Below are positions 1 through 9,410 of a stretch of 47,692 nucleotides of DNA, piece by piece; within the stretch, counting starts at the first letter, position 1; each line of letters begins with the position of its first letter. Location: NCBI GenBank assembly GCA_045615915.1, contig JAZLFU010000016.1:1-47692 (forward strand), read 5' to 3'. The position numbers and the translations under genes were made by a program. A model generated the notes under the pieces. That model saw only the letters and a program-made list of their open reading frames with translations, was not told where the DNA came from and ran no database searches. The stretch is from Oscillospiraceae bacterium. GTDB lineage: Bacteria; Bacillota; Clostridia; Oscillospirales; Ruminococcaceae.

Positions 1-1441
1 CGTTTTTCCTGCTGCGGTAGTTTTTGCCGAGTATTATGGTTTTCGGCTCGCCTTTCTTTATGTCATCGGGATTTTGAAGGTCGAGTATCTTCCAGCTGTT
101 GTATTTTTCAAGGAACAGCTCCGGCATGGCCTGACGGAAACGGTAAATGCTCTGTTTTACATCTCCGACAAAAAAGCTGTTGTCGCCCTTCGATATGGAT
201 TTGAAAATGGTATCATGGACTTTGTTGGTATCCTGGAATTCGTCAACGAGAACGTAGTCGAAGCGCTCGGAATAGATTTTCGCCGCCTCGGTCGGCACAT
301 AATTTCCTTTTCCGTCGGGTTTCGTGAGCACGCGGAGAGTGAGCTGTTCAAGGTCGGAAAAATCGAGGATATGTTTTTCGCTCTTTTTCTTCGTAAAGGC
401 TTCGTCATACTCCAAAGTGGTTTCAAAAAGGCATTTTATCAGGGGCAGAAGTTTTTCGATATCCTCTTTTATTTCGTCTTCCGTGAAAGAGAAATATTTG
501 ACGAGGTCTTTCTGTATACAATCTTTATACTTTTCCCTTATTCCCTTAACGGTAGCGGAAATTTCGCAGTTTCTTACCGGGGGCATACTCATAAAACTGC
601 CTTTGGCACAGAGAACGGCTTCGCGGGAGGTGTTCCAGTCGCTGCGTTCAAGAACGGAAATGAGATTTTCGAAAATTTCCCTGTCCTTTTCGAGCATTTC
701 GTCATATGCGTCGACACCGGCATCGGAGCAGACATCAGAAAGCCCGTCTATGCTGTGGATACGGCCTTCAAGCATAGTCTTTGCGCCGCTGAATATGATT
801 TTTCCCCAGACGGATTTTTCTGCGGAAAAATTCTTTGTATCGTACATGGGGAGCTTGTCATTGAGCCAGTTTTCATAGTGAGGGAGCGCCCGGAGGAACT
901 TGTGGAATTCCAGTATATAGTTTTCAATTCTGCCGTCGTCTTTTTCCGAGGAAATGTTTTCGGAAAGGGCGAGGAAATCGGCGTCCTTCGATTTATAGCG
1001 GTTTTCTATGACTTCGGAAAGCGCCTCCGAAGAAATGAGGGCGGATTCTTCGTCGTCGCAGATCCTCGAGTTTGGCTGGATACCGAGGAGACTGAAATTT
1101 TCCTGTATAACTTCAAGACAGAACGAGTGTATCGTGCTTATATGAGCACGCTCCATAAGAAGCTGTTGGCGGCGGATAAACTCGTTTCCGGGGTTCTCGG
1201 CGGAAAGCTCCGAAAGGGCGTTCGATATTCTCGTTTTCATCTCTGCGGCGGCGCTGTTCGTAAAAGTAACTACGAGGAGCCTGTCCGCCGCCACCGGGTT
1301 TACGCTGTCTGTGAGTATTCTTATAACCCTTTCGACGAGTACGGAGGTCTTTCCGCTTCCGGCAGCTGCGGAAACGAGGATATCTCCGCCGCGGTCTTCA
1401 ATAGCCGCAAGCTGTTCCGGGTTCCAGTTTCTTTTAGCCAT
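1..1441 (-). CDS. addA: ATP-dependent helicase/nuclease subunit A (AddA), N-terminal ~480 aa; the gene runs off the left edge
   Basis: The reverse strand from the ATG at 1441 reads MAKRNWNPEQLAAIEDRGGDILVSAAAGSGKTSVLVERVIRILTD, with a UvrD-type Walker A (GSGKT). A G-rich SD lies upstream, and the gene sits 14 nt downstream of addB. It is absent from the ORF track because it has no stop in the window. The + ORF 74..1504 is its antisense shadow. Confidence 0.85.
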   Translation of the reverse strand, partial: MAKRNWNPEQLAAIEDRGGDILVSAAAGSGKTSVLVERVIRILTDSVNPVAADRLLVVTFTNSAAAEMKTRISNALSELSAENPGNEFIRRQQLLMERAHISTIHSFCLEVIQENFSLLGIQPNSRICDDEESALISSEALSEVIENRYKSKDADFLALSENISSEKDDGRIENYILEFHKFLRALPHYENWLNDKLPMYDTKNFSAEKSVWGKIIFSGAKTMLEGRIHSIDGLSDVCSDAGVDAYDEMLEKDREIFENLISVLERSDWNTSREAVLCAKGSFMSMPPVRNCEISATVKGIREKYKDCIQKDLVKYFSFTEDEIKEDIEKLLPLIKCLFETTLEYDEAFTKKKSEKHILDFSDLEQLTLRVLTKPDGKGNYVPTEAAKIYSERFDYVLVDEFQDTNKVHDTIFKSISKGDNSFFVGDVKQSIYRFRQAMPELFLEKYNSWKILDLQNPDDIKKGEPKTIILGKNYRSRKN

Positions 1442-1455
1442 AGTTTTCGCCCCCT

Positions 1456-4400
1456 TTATATTTTATCAAAAAAGTCCGGTTTGAATATCGTTTCGTGCTC
1501 ATAGGAAGGCTCGCTTTCGTCCCGGCGGCAATCCCGGTTGTAGAAGCACCTGTCGCAGGCGGTTTTCTGACCGCTCTTATAGGGCATGGCGGCAATTTTC
1601 CCGCCGGAGAGTGAGACAGCCATTTCTTTGAGCATACCGTCTATATGATTTTTCATACTGCCGAATTCATCGGAAAGAAGAAACGGCGAATATTTTTCCT
1701 GCAAACGCCATTTTGACTTTATGTACTTGCCGGTCATAAGCTTATCCATAGCTTCGAGTACCTCGTTGTCATCGAGGAGGAAGCCCTGATATCTGAAAGT
1801 CTCATCTTTTTTCTTTTTGGAGCCTGACGCAAGCTCGTCCCTGCCGAGAACGCCGGTTTTTCCGTTTACCGGCATATAAAGAGCGCCGGCGGGAACGGAG
1901 CCGGAGAAAGCGTTTCTGCCGTTTTGCTCAACGGTAAAGAGGTAGAGAGGTACCTGTATTCCGAGGCCGTAAAAAACGTCGGAATAGGATGAGCTTATAT
2001 TGCTTCCGGTCTTGTAGTCGATAACACGGGCATAGCGCTTTCCGCCTTTTTCAAGAACGTCGAGCCTGTCTATTTTTCCGGTTACCTTTATCTCTTTTTC
2101 GTCTTCGGTTTTAAGAGTATAGGCGGGTATATCTCCGCTGTCATCAAGGGAAATTTCAAAGGCGGAGGGAACAAATTCGGATTGAACGAATTCTTCGCCT
2201 ATTCTCCGGAGAACGGTAAAGAGAAGCCTTTCTATCTTTCCGAGAAGATATATAAAGCGTTCCGTCTTTCCGTTTGAGGTGTTGAAAACGGTGTTTGTGT
2301 AGTCGGAAAACACTCTTTCGATTTCTCCCCGGAGTTCGCTGTCGGAAAGGGAGGCAATTCCCGTTCCTTTATATTTCGCCACGAGTTCTTTGAGCACGAA
2401 GTGAACGAGATTTCCGGTGGAAATATAGTCAAGGTCGGCTTTTTGAAGCTCGCGCAGATAAAGTCCGGAATAGAGAAAATATTTAAACGGACAGCTTTTG
2501 TAGTTCACTATGCTCGTGGGAGAAAATCTGAAATTCTTTCCGAATATCTTTTCGGCGGTATCGGGAGAGAGGGAGTGCAGCGAGGATCTCGTAAGCCTTC
2601 CAAGCTGTTTTACCCGTTCGCTCCATACCGGATTTTCTGAGAAATAGCTTCGGAGAGCTTCTGATTCCGGCGTTGACGTTCCGTAAAAGCCCGAAAGCCT
2701 TTCAAACGCGAGTTCTTCGCTTTGGAGCCAGAAGCTTTCCGGAAGACCGACGGTGCTCATTTCAAAAGCCGGAGTGGTACAGCGCAGGATCTCCGGTACG
2801 AAAGAGGAGGGTGAACAGCTGTCAAAGGAAAGATCAAGTTCGGGGAAGCTTACGAAAAGGTGCTTTTCCGGAGAGGTGAGTGCGGTATACGCGTACATTC
2901 TTTCGGATAATATATCGTCGTCTTCGTCATCATAGAGCTTTACGTCAAGCCCGAACATTTCTTTGCGTTCGCTTTCTGTAAAAAGTCCGCCGGTTTTGCA
3001 TTTCGCCGGGAAAGCTCCTTCGCAAACGCCTATGACGAAAACAGCCTTCGGAGCCGACGGGCGTATGCGGTCGGCGGTACCGATGGAAACGCAGTCGAGA
3101 GTTTGGGGAAGCGTTCCGATTTTCGCTTCCGAAAGGGCAAGCTCAAAGAGCCTTGGGAGCAGGGCGTCTTCAAAGCTCATATCGCTTAAAGAAAGGCTGA
3201 ATTTATCGAGGAGGGATACAAAAAAGCTCCAATATGAGTCAAGGCTTTCCGCGGAGGAATTGTCTTCTGCTTCCGAATATTTTTCATAGAGAGCTTTAAG
3301 TCCATCGGTTACGCTGCATTCGGTAACGTAATCGTAGAGAGCGGAGGAAAATTCCGCGCCGTTTGCAAAAGCTATTCTGTTTTTCAGCTTTTCAAGAGGA
3401 ACGGCGATAAGCTCTCGAACTCTGTTTATTCTTTCAAGAGCGGCGGTATCGGGCTTTGAATTTTCCGAAAAGCCGCTCGGATTTCCGGTGAATTCCGAAA
3501 GGAAGGCTCTTCCGCGAACATTCCATACGAAACAGTAGTTTTCGAATTCCGCGATTTCCTCATTGGAAAGCGGAAGTATTCCGGTTTTGAGCGCTCTTAT
3601 TATATCCGAAGGATCGAAATTGCTCCGGCAGGCGGAAAGACTTGCGGAAATGAACGCTGAAAAAGGGTGTGAGGAAAGGTCTGCGGCGGTATCCATATAG
3701 AGCGGGATACCGACTTTTTCAAAGGCACTCGGAATGGCGTGGATATACGGCGCAAGATCCCTTGTAATAACGGCAATATCTCTCCAGCGAAGTTTTTCGT
3801 TTTTAACAAGCTCGATTATTTTACAGGCGATAAAATTGGCTTCGTCATAGGGATCCTTTGCGGAAATTACGGAAACCTCGCCGCAGTTTTCGTGAGCGGG
3901 AGTGTTTTCATGCTGTAAAAAACAGTTTTCAACGTCGATTATCCCGCCGGGACGTCCATCGTTTTTCAAAGCGGCAAAAACCGGTTTGCAAACGCTTACC
4001 GAAAGCTCTTTCGCGATTTTTTCAAGCCGTCCGGCGGTGCGTTTCGTCTTTGAAAAAAGTCCGTTCGTTCCTTCTTTGTCATAGATATCCGGACAGCAAA
4101 GGCTTACCGTAACGGATTTTGCCTGTCCTATGATTGCCCGGAGCATTTTATATTCGCTTCCGGTAAATCCGGTGAAGTTGTCTATATAGACGGCCTTTTC
4201 CGAAAAGAAATCGTTTTCGGAAAGGATATCACAGGCGCGGCTTATATCGGTAAGCGGGTCGAGGTAGCTTTTTGAAAGAATTGCGTCATAAAGCGAAAAT
4301 ACTGTTGCGAGGTCGCCCGCTTTATCCGAAAGAACAGAGCTTTCGGCGTTTTCGGAAATCTTTATAAGTTCGGCGGAGGTTATTCCGGCGTTTTTCAGCT

Positions 4401-4764
4401 CCGAATCCGTTTCGACGAGCTTCTTTATGAACGGAGCGCCGTATACGTTCTTTTTGTAGTATTTGAGTTCCCCGCTTTGATAGAGGGCGGCGCTCATCAA
4501 AAGGAGCTTCGCGGTATCATCGGTATATTCTCCGGCAAGTCCTCCGAAAGCGCGGAATATGCTGTTGCAAAGGCGTGAAAAGCTCAAAACCTCAACTTTT
4601 TGCGCCGCTTCGGTTCCGAGGCTTTCGTTCAGAAGCTTTTCGCTTTCAAAAGAAAACTGTTCCGGAACTATGAGATAGGAAAATTCCGATGAGCTTTCCT
4701 TTATCTCTGAGTAAAGGCAATCGCGCCTTGCTTTTTCGTTTGTTCCTATAATGAATTTCAGCAA
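1456..4764 (-). CDS. addB: ATP-dependent helicase/deoxyribonuclease subunit B (AddB/RexB)
   Basis: The 1102-aa ORF has AddB-like length and layout, with C-terminal cysteines (SCPFKYF ... ACDRCFYNRDC) typical of the AddB Fe-S nuclease domain. It lies immediately upstream of addA. Confidence 0.85.
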   Translation of the reverse strand: MLKFIIGTNEKARRDCLYSEIKESSSEFSYLIVPEQFSFESEKLLNESLGTEAAQKVEVLSFSRLCNSIFRAFGGLAGEYTDDTAKLLLMSAALYQSGELKYYKKNVYGAPFIKKLVETDSELKNAGITSAELIKISENAESSVLSDKAGDLATVFSLYDAILSKSYLDPLTDISRACDILSENDFFSEKAVYIDNFTGFTGSEYKMLRAIIGQAKSVTVSLCCPDIYDKEGTNGLFSKTKRTAGRLEKIAKELSVSVCKPVFAALKNDGRPGGIIDVENCFLQHENTPAHENCGEVSVISAKDPYDEANFIACKIIELVKNEKLRWRDIAVITRDLAPYIHAIPSAFEKVGIPLYMDTAADLSSHPFSAFISASLSACRSNFDPSDIIRALKTGILPLSNEEIAEFENYCFVWNVRGRAFLSEFTGNPSGFSENSKPDTAALERINRVRELIAVPLEKLKNRIAFANGAEFSSALYDYVTECSVTDGLKALYEKYSEAEDNSSAESLDSYWSFFVSLLDKFSLSLSDMSFEDALLPRLFELALSEAKIGTLPQTLDCVSIGTADRIRPSAPKAVFVIGVCEGAFPAKCKTGGLFTESERKEMFGLDVKLYDDEDDDILSERMYAYTALTSPEKHLFVSFPELDLSFDSCSPSSFVPEILRCTTPAFEMSTVGLPESFWLQSEELAFERLSGFYGTSTPESEALRSYFSENPVWSERVKQLGRLTRSSLHSLSPDTAEKIFGKNFRFSPTSIVNYKSCPFKYFLYSGLYLRELQKADLDYISTGNLVHFVLKELVAKYKGTGIASLSDSELRGEIERVFSDYTNTVFNTSNGKTERFIYLLGKIERLLFTVLRRIGEEFVQSEFVPSAFEISLDDSGDIPAYTLKTEDEKEIKVTGKIDRLDVLEKGGKRYARVIDYKTGSNISSSYSDVFYGLGIQVPLYLFTVEQNGRNAFSGSVPAGALYMPVNGKTGVLGRDELASGSKKKKDETFRYQGFLLDDNEVLEAMDKLMTGKYIKSKWRLQEKYSPFLLSDEFGSMKNHIDGMLKEMAVSLSGGKIAAMPYKSGQKTACDRCFYNRDCRRDESEPSYEHETIFKPDFFDKI

Positions 4765-4852
4765 AATTCCGCGCCTCCCGAAAAATTATAAATATATAAT
4801 AACATATCTCGTTTAAAAAGTTAACTGTTTTGATTGACGAAAATGGGAGGAC

Positions 4853-5164
4853 ATGATAAAATTATACGCGAAAAGGCGGTGTTTTGGATTGGTATTTGAT
4901 AAAAATATCGTTGCGTATTATTTGCTTATGAATTTCGCCGCGTTTATCGCTTTTTTTGCCGATAAAAAATTCGCCGTGGAAAAGCGGAAAAGAATACCGG
5001 AGGATATACTCATAGGTTTATCGTTTATCGGCGGAGCGGCGGGTGGTTTTCTCTCGATGATGATTTTTCGCCATAAAACGAGAAAGCTCAAATTCAGATT
5101 GCTTTTGCCGCTTTTTATATTTCTGCATATTGCCTTTTGGCTTTGTTTCGGAGGGAAAATATGA
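4853..5164 (+). CDS. DUF1294 family membrane protein
   Basis: The 103-aa product contains DKKFAVEKRKRIPEDIL...GGAAGGFLSMMIFRHKTRKLKF, matching the DUF1294 signature (DK..A....RIPE ... GG..G ... HKT.K..F). Its stop overlaps the next start (ATGA). Confidence 0.7.
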   Translation: MIKLYAKRRCFGLVFDKNIVAYYLLMNFAAFIAFFADKKFAVEKRKRIPEDILIGLSFIGGAAGGFLSMMIFRHKTRKLKFRLLLPLFIFLHIAFWLCFGGKI

Positions 5165-5985
5165 GCCTGTTTGTTTGCCCGATATGCAAAAGCACCCTTT
5201 CCGATGACGGAAAAAGGCTCTTTTGCGAAAAAGGTCATAGCTTTGATAAGGCCTCGGAAGGATATACCCATCTTCTTCCGGCGAATAAGATGAATTCCAA
5301 AATTCCCGGCGACAGCAGGGAAATGGCGGCTTCGCGTTCGGCGTTTCTGAATAAGGGTTACTATGAACCGCTTCTCAAAAAGCTATGCGAGGTAACGGAG
5401 GAGCTTTTCACAGAAAAAGAACCGAAGCTTCTTGACTGCGGCTGCGGAGAGGGCTACTATACGGCGGGAATATACAAATACCTTGAAAGCAAAGGGAAAA
5501 AGCCGGGAATGGCAGGCTTTGATATAAGCCGCCCTTCGGTAAAAAGAGCCGCGAAACGGAGCAGTGATATAGAGTTTGCCGTAGCTTCGGTTTTCGATAT
5601 TCCGGCGGAGTGCTCAAAATTCGATTTGCTCCTCAATATATTCAGTCCGCTTTCTGCAGGAGAATATCACAGGGTGCTCAAAAGCGGAGGATATTATATA
5701 TACGTTGTTCCGGCGGCAAAACACCTTTGGGAGCTCAAAGCGGCAATATACGATAACCCTTACGAAAATTCCGAAGAGGATATAGAGTACGAGGGCTTTG
5801 AGCACGAGAAAACGGAGCGGGTGCGCTATAAATTTACGCTTGATAACAAAGAGGATATAGCCGCTTTGTTTCAGATGACACCGTACTATTGGAAGACTTC
5901 GGCAAAGGGCTCGGAAAAGCTCTCGAAGCTTGAAAGCCTTGAAACACAGGCGGCGTTCGATATACATATCTACAAAAAATTATAA
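5161..5985 (+). CDS. rlmA: 23S rRNA (guanine-N1)-methyltransferase RlmA-like SAM-dependent methyltransferase
   Basis: It has an N-terminal Zn-finger (CPICKSTL...FCEKGHSFD), a SAM motif (LLDCGCGEGYY), and RlmA-like length. The start was set at the ATG at 5161, which follows GGAGGG. Confidence 0.65.
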   Translation: MSLFVCPICKSTLSDDGKRLFCEKGHSFDKASEGYTHLLPANKMNSKIPGDSREMAASRSAFLNKGYYEPLLKKLCEVTEELFTEKEPKLLDCGCGEGYYTAGIYKYLESKGKKPGMAGFDISRPSVKRAAKRSSDIEFAVASVFDIPAECSKFDLLLNIFSPLSAGEYHRVLKSGGYYIYVVPAAKHLWELKAAIYDNPYENSEEDIEYEGFEHEKTERVRYKFTLDNKEDIAALFQMTPYYWKTSAKGSEKLSKLESLETQAAFDIHIYKKL

Positions 5986-6001
5986 CTCGGAGGTACTGAA
6001 A

Positions 6002-6262
6002 ATGAATTTTGAATACCGTACATGCGGAACCTGTTCAAAGAAAATAACATTTGATATGGACGAAAACGGAACTGTAACGAATATCGTCTTTACCGGCGGC
6101 TGTTCCGGAAATCTTAAAGCCATTCCGAAGATACTTGAAGGCTGGAAGGCGGACGATATCATAGATAAGCTTCTCGGGAACGACTGTGCCGGAAGAGGTA
6201 CTTCCTGCGCCGACCAGCTCGCGAAAGCGCTTATTGAAGCAAAGGAAAAACTCGGAAAATAA
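6002..6262 (+). CDS. TIGR03905-type TSCPD domain protein (function unknown)
   Basis: The 86-aa product carries CGTCS...FTGGCSGNLKAI...GTSCADQLAKAL, a TSCPD-like motif. The start at 6002 follows GGAGG. Confidence 0.6.
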   Translation: MNFEYRTCGTCSKKITFDMDENGTVTNIVFTGGCSGNLKAIPKILEGWKADDIIDKLLGNDCAGRGTSCADQLAKALIEAKEKLGK

Positions 6263-6267
6263 TATAC

Positions 6268-6306
6268 AAAAAAGGCGGTGCTCAAATGAGCATCGCCCTT
6301 CGTTTT
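6268..6306. terminator. Bidirectional intrinsic terminator between convergent genes
   Basis: A 10-bp stem (6274-6283 / 6288-6297, one G-U pair) has an A-run on the left, giving a U-tract for the minus-strand decarboxylase transcript. The T-tract on the right is weaker. Confidence 0.55.
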
Positions 6307-6331
6307 GTATTCAAAATCAATTTTTGACCGA

Positions 6332-7771
6332 TCATTTATCGGAAAGCCTGTGAGCCGTTTTGTCAAGAAGATCTATTGTGTTAAGGACGTCTTCGGTAGT
6401 GGTGTTGCCGTTAATGAGGCAAAGCCTTATTACGCGTTTCCCTTTCAGAACACTGGTGACTACATACGCGTATCCGTTGTCGTCTATTTCCTTACAGATT
6501 TCAAGTGTAAGCGCGTCGATTTCTTCCGGAGTGTATCCTTCCGGAACATAGCGGAAAGTAATTGCTCCGCACATGGGTTTTGAAGTGATTTCCCAGCCTT
6601 TTCGGGATAAAAGTTCCTTTTCGGCCTTTTGAGCGTTGAAAAACGCATAATCGACTATATCGGCGAGCTTATCCGTACCAAGAGCCTGAAGTGTAAACCA
6701 GAGTTTTAACGATCTGTGCGGGCGCGTCATTTCGGGGCCCAAATCCCAGGGATCGAAATTTTCTTTGTTTCTTATATCTTCAAGATATTCGGGGTGTTCG
6801 CTGAATGAATTTATAAGATTGTTTTTGTCTTTTGCAATCACGCTGCTGCAGCTGTAAGTCTGAAGTGCCCATTTATGAGTATCCCAGGAAAATGAATCGG
6901 ACTTTTCGATTCCTTTCGAAAGATTGCGATAAATATCTGAAACGAGTGAAGAACCGCCGTATGCGCCATCAACATGGAACCACATATTGTATTTTTGACA
7001 AATATCGCCTATTTCATCGAGAGGATCAATGGAGCCGGTATTTGTGGTTCCCAGTGTTCCGACTACGACAAAAGGTTTTTTACCATCCGCAATATCTTTT
7101 TCGATGTGTTCATTAAGGAGATCCATGCGCATTTTGAAATTGTCATCGGTAGGTATTTTTATTATCTGGTCATCACGAAAGCCTATCATTCGAAGACCTT
7201 TTGCAACGGAGCTATGAGATTGATCGGAAAGATAAGCGACACCTATCGGATACTCAAGACCGGAAAGCTTATTATTTCTTGCGGCGATAAGAGCGGTCAT
7301 ATTTGCCATAGAGCCACCGGAAACAAAAATTCCTCCGCAGGTTTCTTCGGGATAGGAAGCAAAAGCGCCCATCCATTTGATTATTTTTTGTTCTATCATA
7401 CATGCGGTAGGAGAAAAATTCCAACCGCCACCATGAGGGTTATATATATCCGAAAGGATAGAACCTACAAGCGAATACGGAGATATGGCGGAGGATACAA
7501 AAGAGAAAAAGCGCGGGTGCTGACGAAGAACAGAGCGTTGATATACATCACGGACCATTTCATTTGTAACTTCTTTTATATTGCGTCCGTTTCTCGGGAT
7601 AGGCATTTCCGCGATTCGTTTCAGGGTTTCATCATCTGGTTTGTTGTTTATTTTCATATCGCGGATATGAGAGTTAAGGGTTATATAGTCGGCAAGTCTG
7701 TCGGCAATTTCTTCGATTTGATCATGACTTACCTTTTCCATTTCAATATCGAAATCTTTTTTATTAAACAT
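6332..7771 (-). CDS. Group II pyridoxal-phosphate-dependent amino-acid decarboxylase (aromatic-L-amino-acid/tyrosine/glutamate decarboxylase family)
   Basis: The 479-aa product carries HPRFFSF, FVSGGSMANMTAL, HVDGAYGG, and SFSWDTHKW (PLP-lysine motif S-x-x-HK). Substrate cannot be assigned by eye. Confidence 0.85.
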   Translation of the reverse strand: MFNKKDFDIEMEKVSHDQIEEIADRLADYITLNSHIRDMKINNKPDDETLKRIAEMPIPRNGRNIKEVTNEMVRDVYQRSVLRQHPRFFSFVSSAISPYSLVGSILSDIYNPHGGGWNFSPTACMIEQKIIKWMGAFASYPEETCGGIFVSGGSMANMTALIAARNNKLSGLEYPIGVAYLSDQSHSSVAKGLRMIGFRDDQIIKIPTDDNFKMRMDLLNEHIEKDIADGKKPFVVVGTLGTTNTGSIDPLDEIGDICQKYNMWFHVDGAYGGSSLVSDIYRNLSKGIEKSDSFSWDTHKWALQTYSCSSVIAKDKNNLINSFSEHPEYLEDIRNKENFDPWDLGPEMTRPHRSLKLWFTLQALGTDKLADIVDYAFFNAQKAEKELLSRKGWEITSKPMCGAITFRYVPEGYTPEEIDALTLEICKEIDDNGYAYVVTSVLKGKRVIRLCLINGNTTTEDVLNTIDLLDKTAHRLSDK

Positions 7772-7870
7772 TGTAAGCGCGTCCTTTCAAAAATTATTAT
7801 ACACGGATAAATATATTAAAAAAACAATCATATAGAGCATTGCCCTTTACATTATTGTTGTTTTGAATTA

Positions 7871-9232
7871 TTATTTCTTTTCCTTCGCGTGTTTTACCAC
7901 TATGGAGGATAGAACAAAGAGCGCCACAACGTTGGGTATTACCATAAGCTGATTAAAGAGGTCGGTCAGCTCCCAGACAAGCTCATTGGAAAGGCATGAG
8001 CCGAGGAAAATGAATACAAGAGAAATTATGTAGTACGGATATATGGCTTTTTTGCCGAAAAGATAGCCTGTGTTGATCCGCCCGAAGAAGTTCCAGCTTA
8101 TTATGGTCGAAAAAGCGAAGAAGAAAATGCAAATCGAAATGAATGAACTTCCGAGCTTTTCACCGAATACGGAACTGAAAGCAAGCTGCGCCATATTGGT
8201 TTTGCTTATGCTTTCGGCGAATCCACCGGCAAGAGGCCCGTTGCCGGCATAGAGCGTTGTAATGATTACAAGCGCCGTCATAGCAAGAACGACAAAGGTG
8301 TCAATAAAAACGCCTATCATTGCGGTAACACCCTGTTTATGAGGACTTTCAACGTTCGCCATAGCATGCGCATGGGGAGTTGAGCCCATACCTGCTTCGT
8401 TGGAAAAAAGTCCGCGTTTTACTCCCTGACTGACAGCGGTCTTAAGGGCATAGCCAATACTGCCGCCGATTATAGCGTTGGGCATAAATGCATATTTGAA
8501 TATCAAATATATAGCTTCGGGAATATACTGAGCACGAAAAACGAGAACGATAAATCCACCGAGGAGATAAAGCCCTGCCATTATCGGTACAATCTTTTCG
8601 GTAACGGAGGCAATTCTCTTTGTTCCGCCGAAGAACACAAATCCGGAGATAACGGTAACAACTATTCCGATAACCCAGGAGGGAAGCCCAAAAGCGTTAG
8701 TAAATGTTTCACCTATAGAGTTGGATTGTACCATACAGCCCATAAAGCCGAGCGCAAGAGTTATTGCAATGGCAAAGGATGCCGCGAGGAACTTGCCTAA
8801 TTTACCATTGAACGCTTTCCTTATGTAATAAACGGGGCCACCGAAAACCTTGCCTTTATCGTTGATCACTCTCGTTTCCTGGGCGAGTACCGCTTCGGCA
8901 TAGATAGTCGCCATCCCAAAAAAAGCGATAACGAGCATCCAAAAAATAGCTCCGGGACCGCCTATGAGTATCGCTCCGCAGGAACCGACTATGTTGCCTG
9001 TACCGACCTGGGCGGCAACTGCTGTCGTAAGAGCCTGAAATGAGCTCATACCGCCGCCTTTGGTTTTTTTGTTGAACGAAAAACCGCTGAAAAGGTTATG
9101 AAAACCTTCTTTCAAACAACGCACTTGCACAAAATCAGTCTTCACCGTATAGAAAATGCCGATTCCGAGGAGTAAAACCGTAAGTACATAATCGGAAAGG
9201 GTAGCATTGATGGTTTGAACTATTTCTATCAT
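7871..9232 (-). CDS. Alanine/glycine:cation symporter (AGCS) family transporter
   Basis: The 453-aa polytopic membrane protein has SSFQALTTAVAAQVGTGNIVG and GLFSNEAGMGSTPHAHA, motifs typical of sodium:alanine symporters. Confidence 0.85.
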   Translation of the reverse strand: MIEIVQTINATLSDYVLTVLLLGIGIFYTVKTDFVQVRCLKEGFHNLFSGFSFNKKTKGGGMSSFQALTTAVAAQVGTGNIVGSCGAILIGGPGAIFWMLVIAFFGMATIYAEAVLAQETRVINDKGKVFGGPVYYIRKAFNGKLGKFLAASFAIAITLALGFMGCMVQSNSIGETFTNAFGLPSWVIGIVVTVISGFVFFGGTKRIASVTEKIVPIMAGLYLLGGFIVLVFRAQYIPEAIYLIFKYAFMPNAIIGGSIGYALKTAVSQGVKRGLFSNEAGMGSTPHAHAMANVESPHKQGVTAMIGVFIDTFVVLAMTALVIITTLYAGNGPLAGGFAESISKTNMAQLAFSSVFGEKLGSSFISICIFFFAFSTIISWNFFGRINTGYLFGKKAIYPYYIISLVFIFLGSCLSNELVWELTDLFNQLMVIPNVVALFVLSSIVVKHAKEKK

Positions 9233-9273
9233 AAAGAAACACCTCTTGGTAGAATAAAATGTAATTAAACCAA

Positions 9274-9302
9274 ATTTTATATCAAATTGGCTTTTTAGTC
9301 AA
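9274..9302 (-). promoter_or_regulatory. Sigma-A-type promoter for the AGCS transporter gene
   Basis: The minus strand reads TTGACT, a 17-nt spacer, then TAAAAT, about 40 nt upstream of the ATG at 9232. Confidence 0.5.
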
Positions 9303-9410
9303 TACAAAAAGTAATCAAAATAAATTTTTATTCTTTTTCGGGGCATAATAGAAACATATCGCAAAATGTGGTAAAATATAAAGGGAAATAGAGTCGAAAG
9401 AAGTGTTATT

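Noticed and set aside
74-1504. 476-aa ORF on the + strand
   Set aside because: The product is low-complexity and Phe/Arg-rich with no recognisable motifs. It is codon-aligned opposite a reverse-strand frame that reads as a clear AddA N-terminus (Walker A GSGKT). It is an antisense shadow ORF.
5137-5160. Longer N-termini proposed by the ORF track for several genes (5137, 5930, 15356, 16678, 24340, 27296, 30035, 31303, 34325, 36351, 38039)
   Set aside because: In each case an internal start has a properly spaced SD and matches the expected family N-terminus (signal peptide, Zn finger and so on), while the upstream start lacks an SD or overlaps regulatory hairpins.
9233-9410. Glycine riboswitch upstream of the AGCS symporter
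   Set aside because: The 5' region is short and AT-rich and lacks the GGAGAG...CACCG type cores. Only a promoter and an SD are evident.
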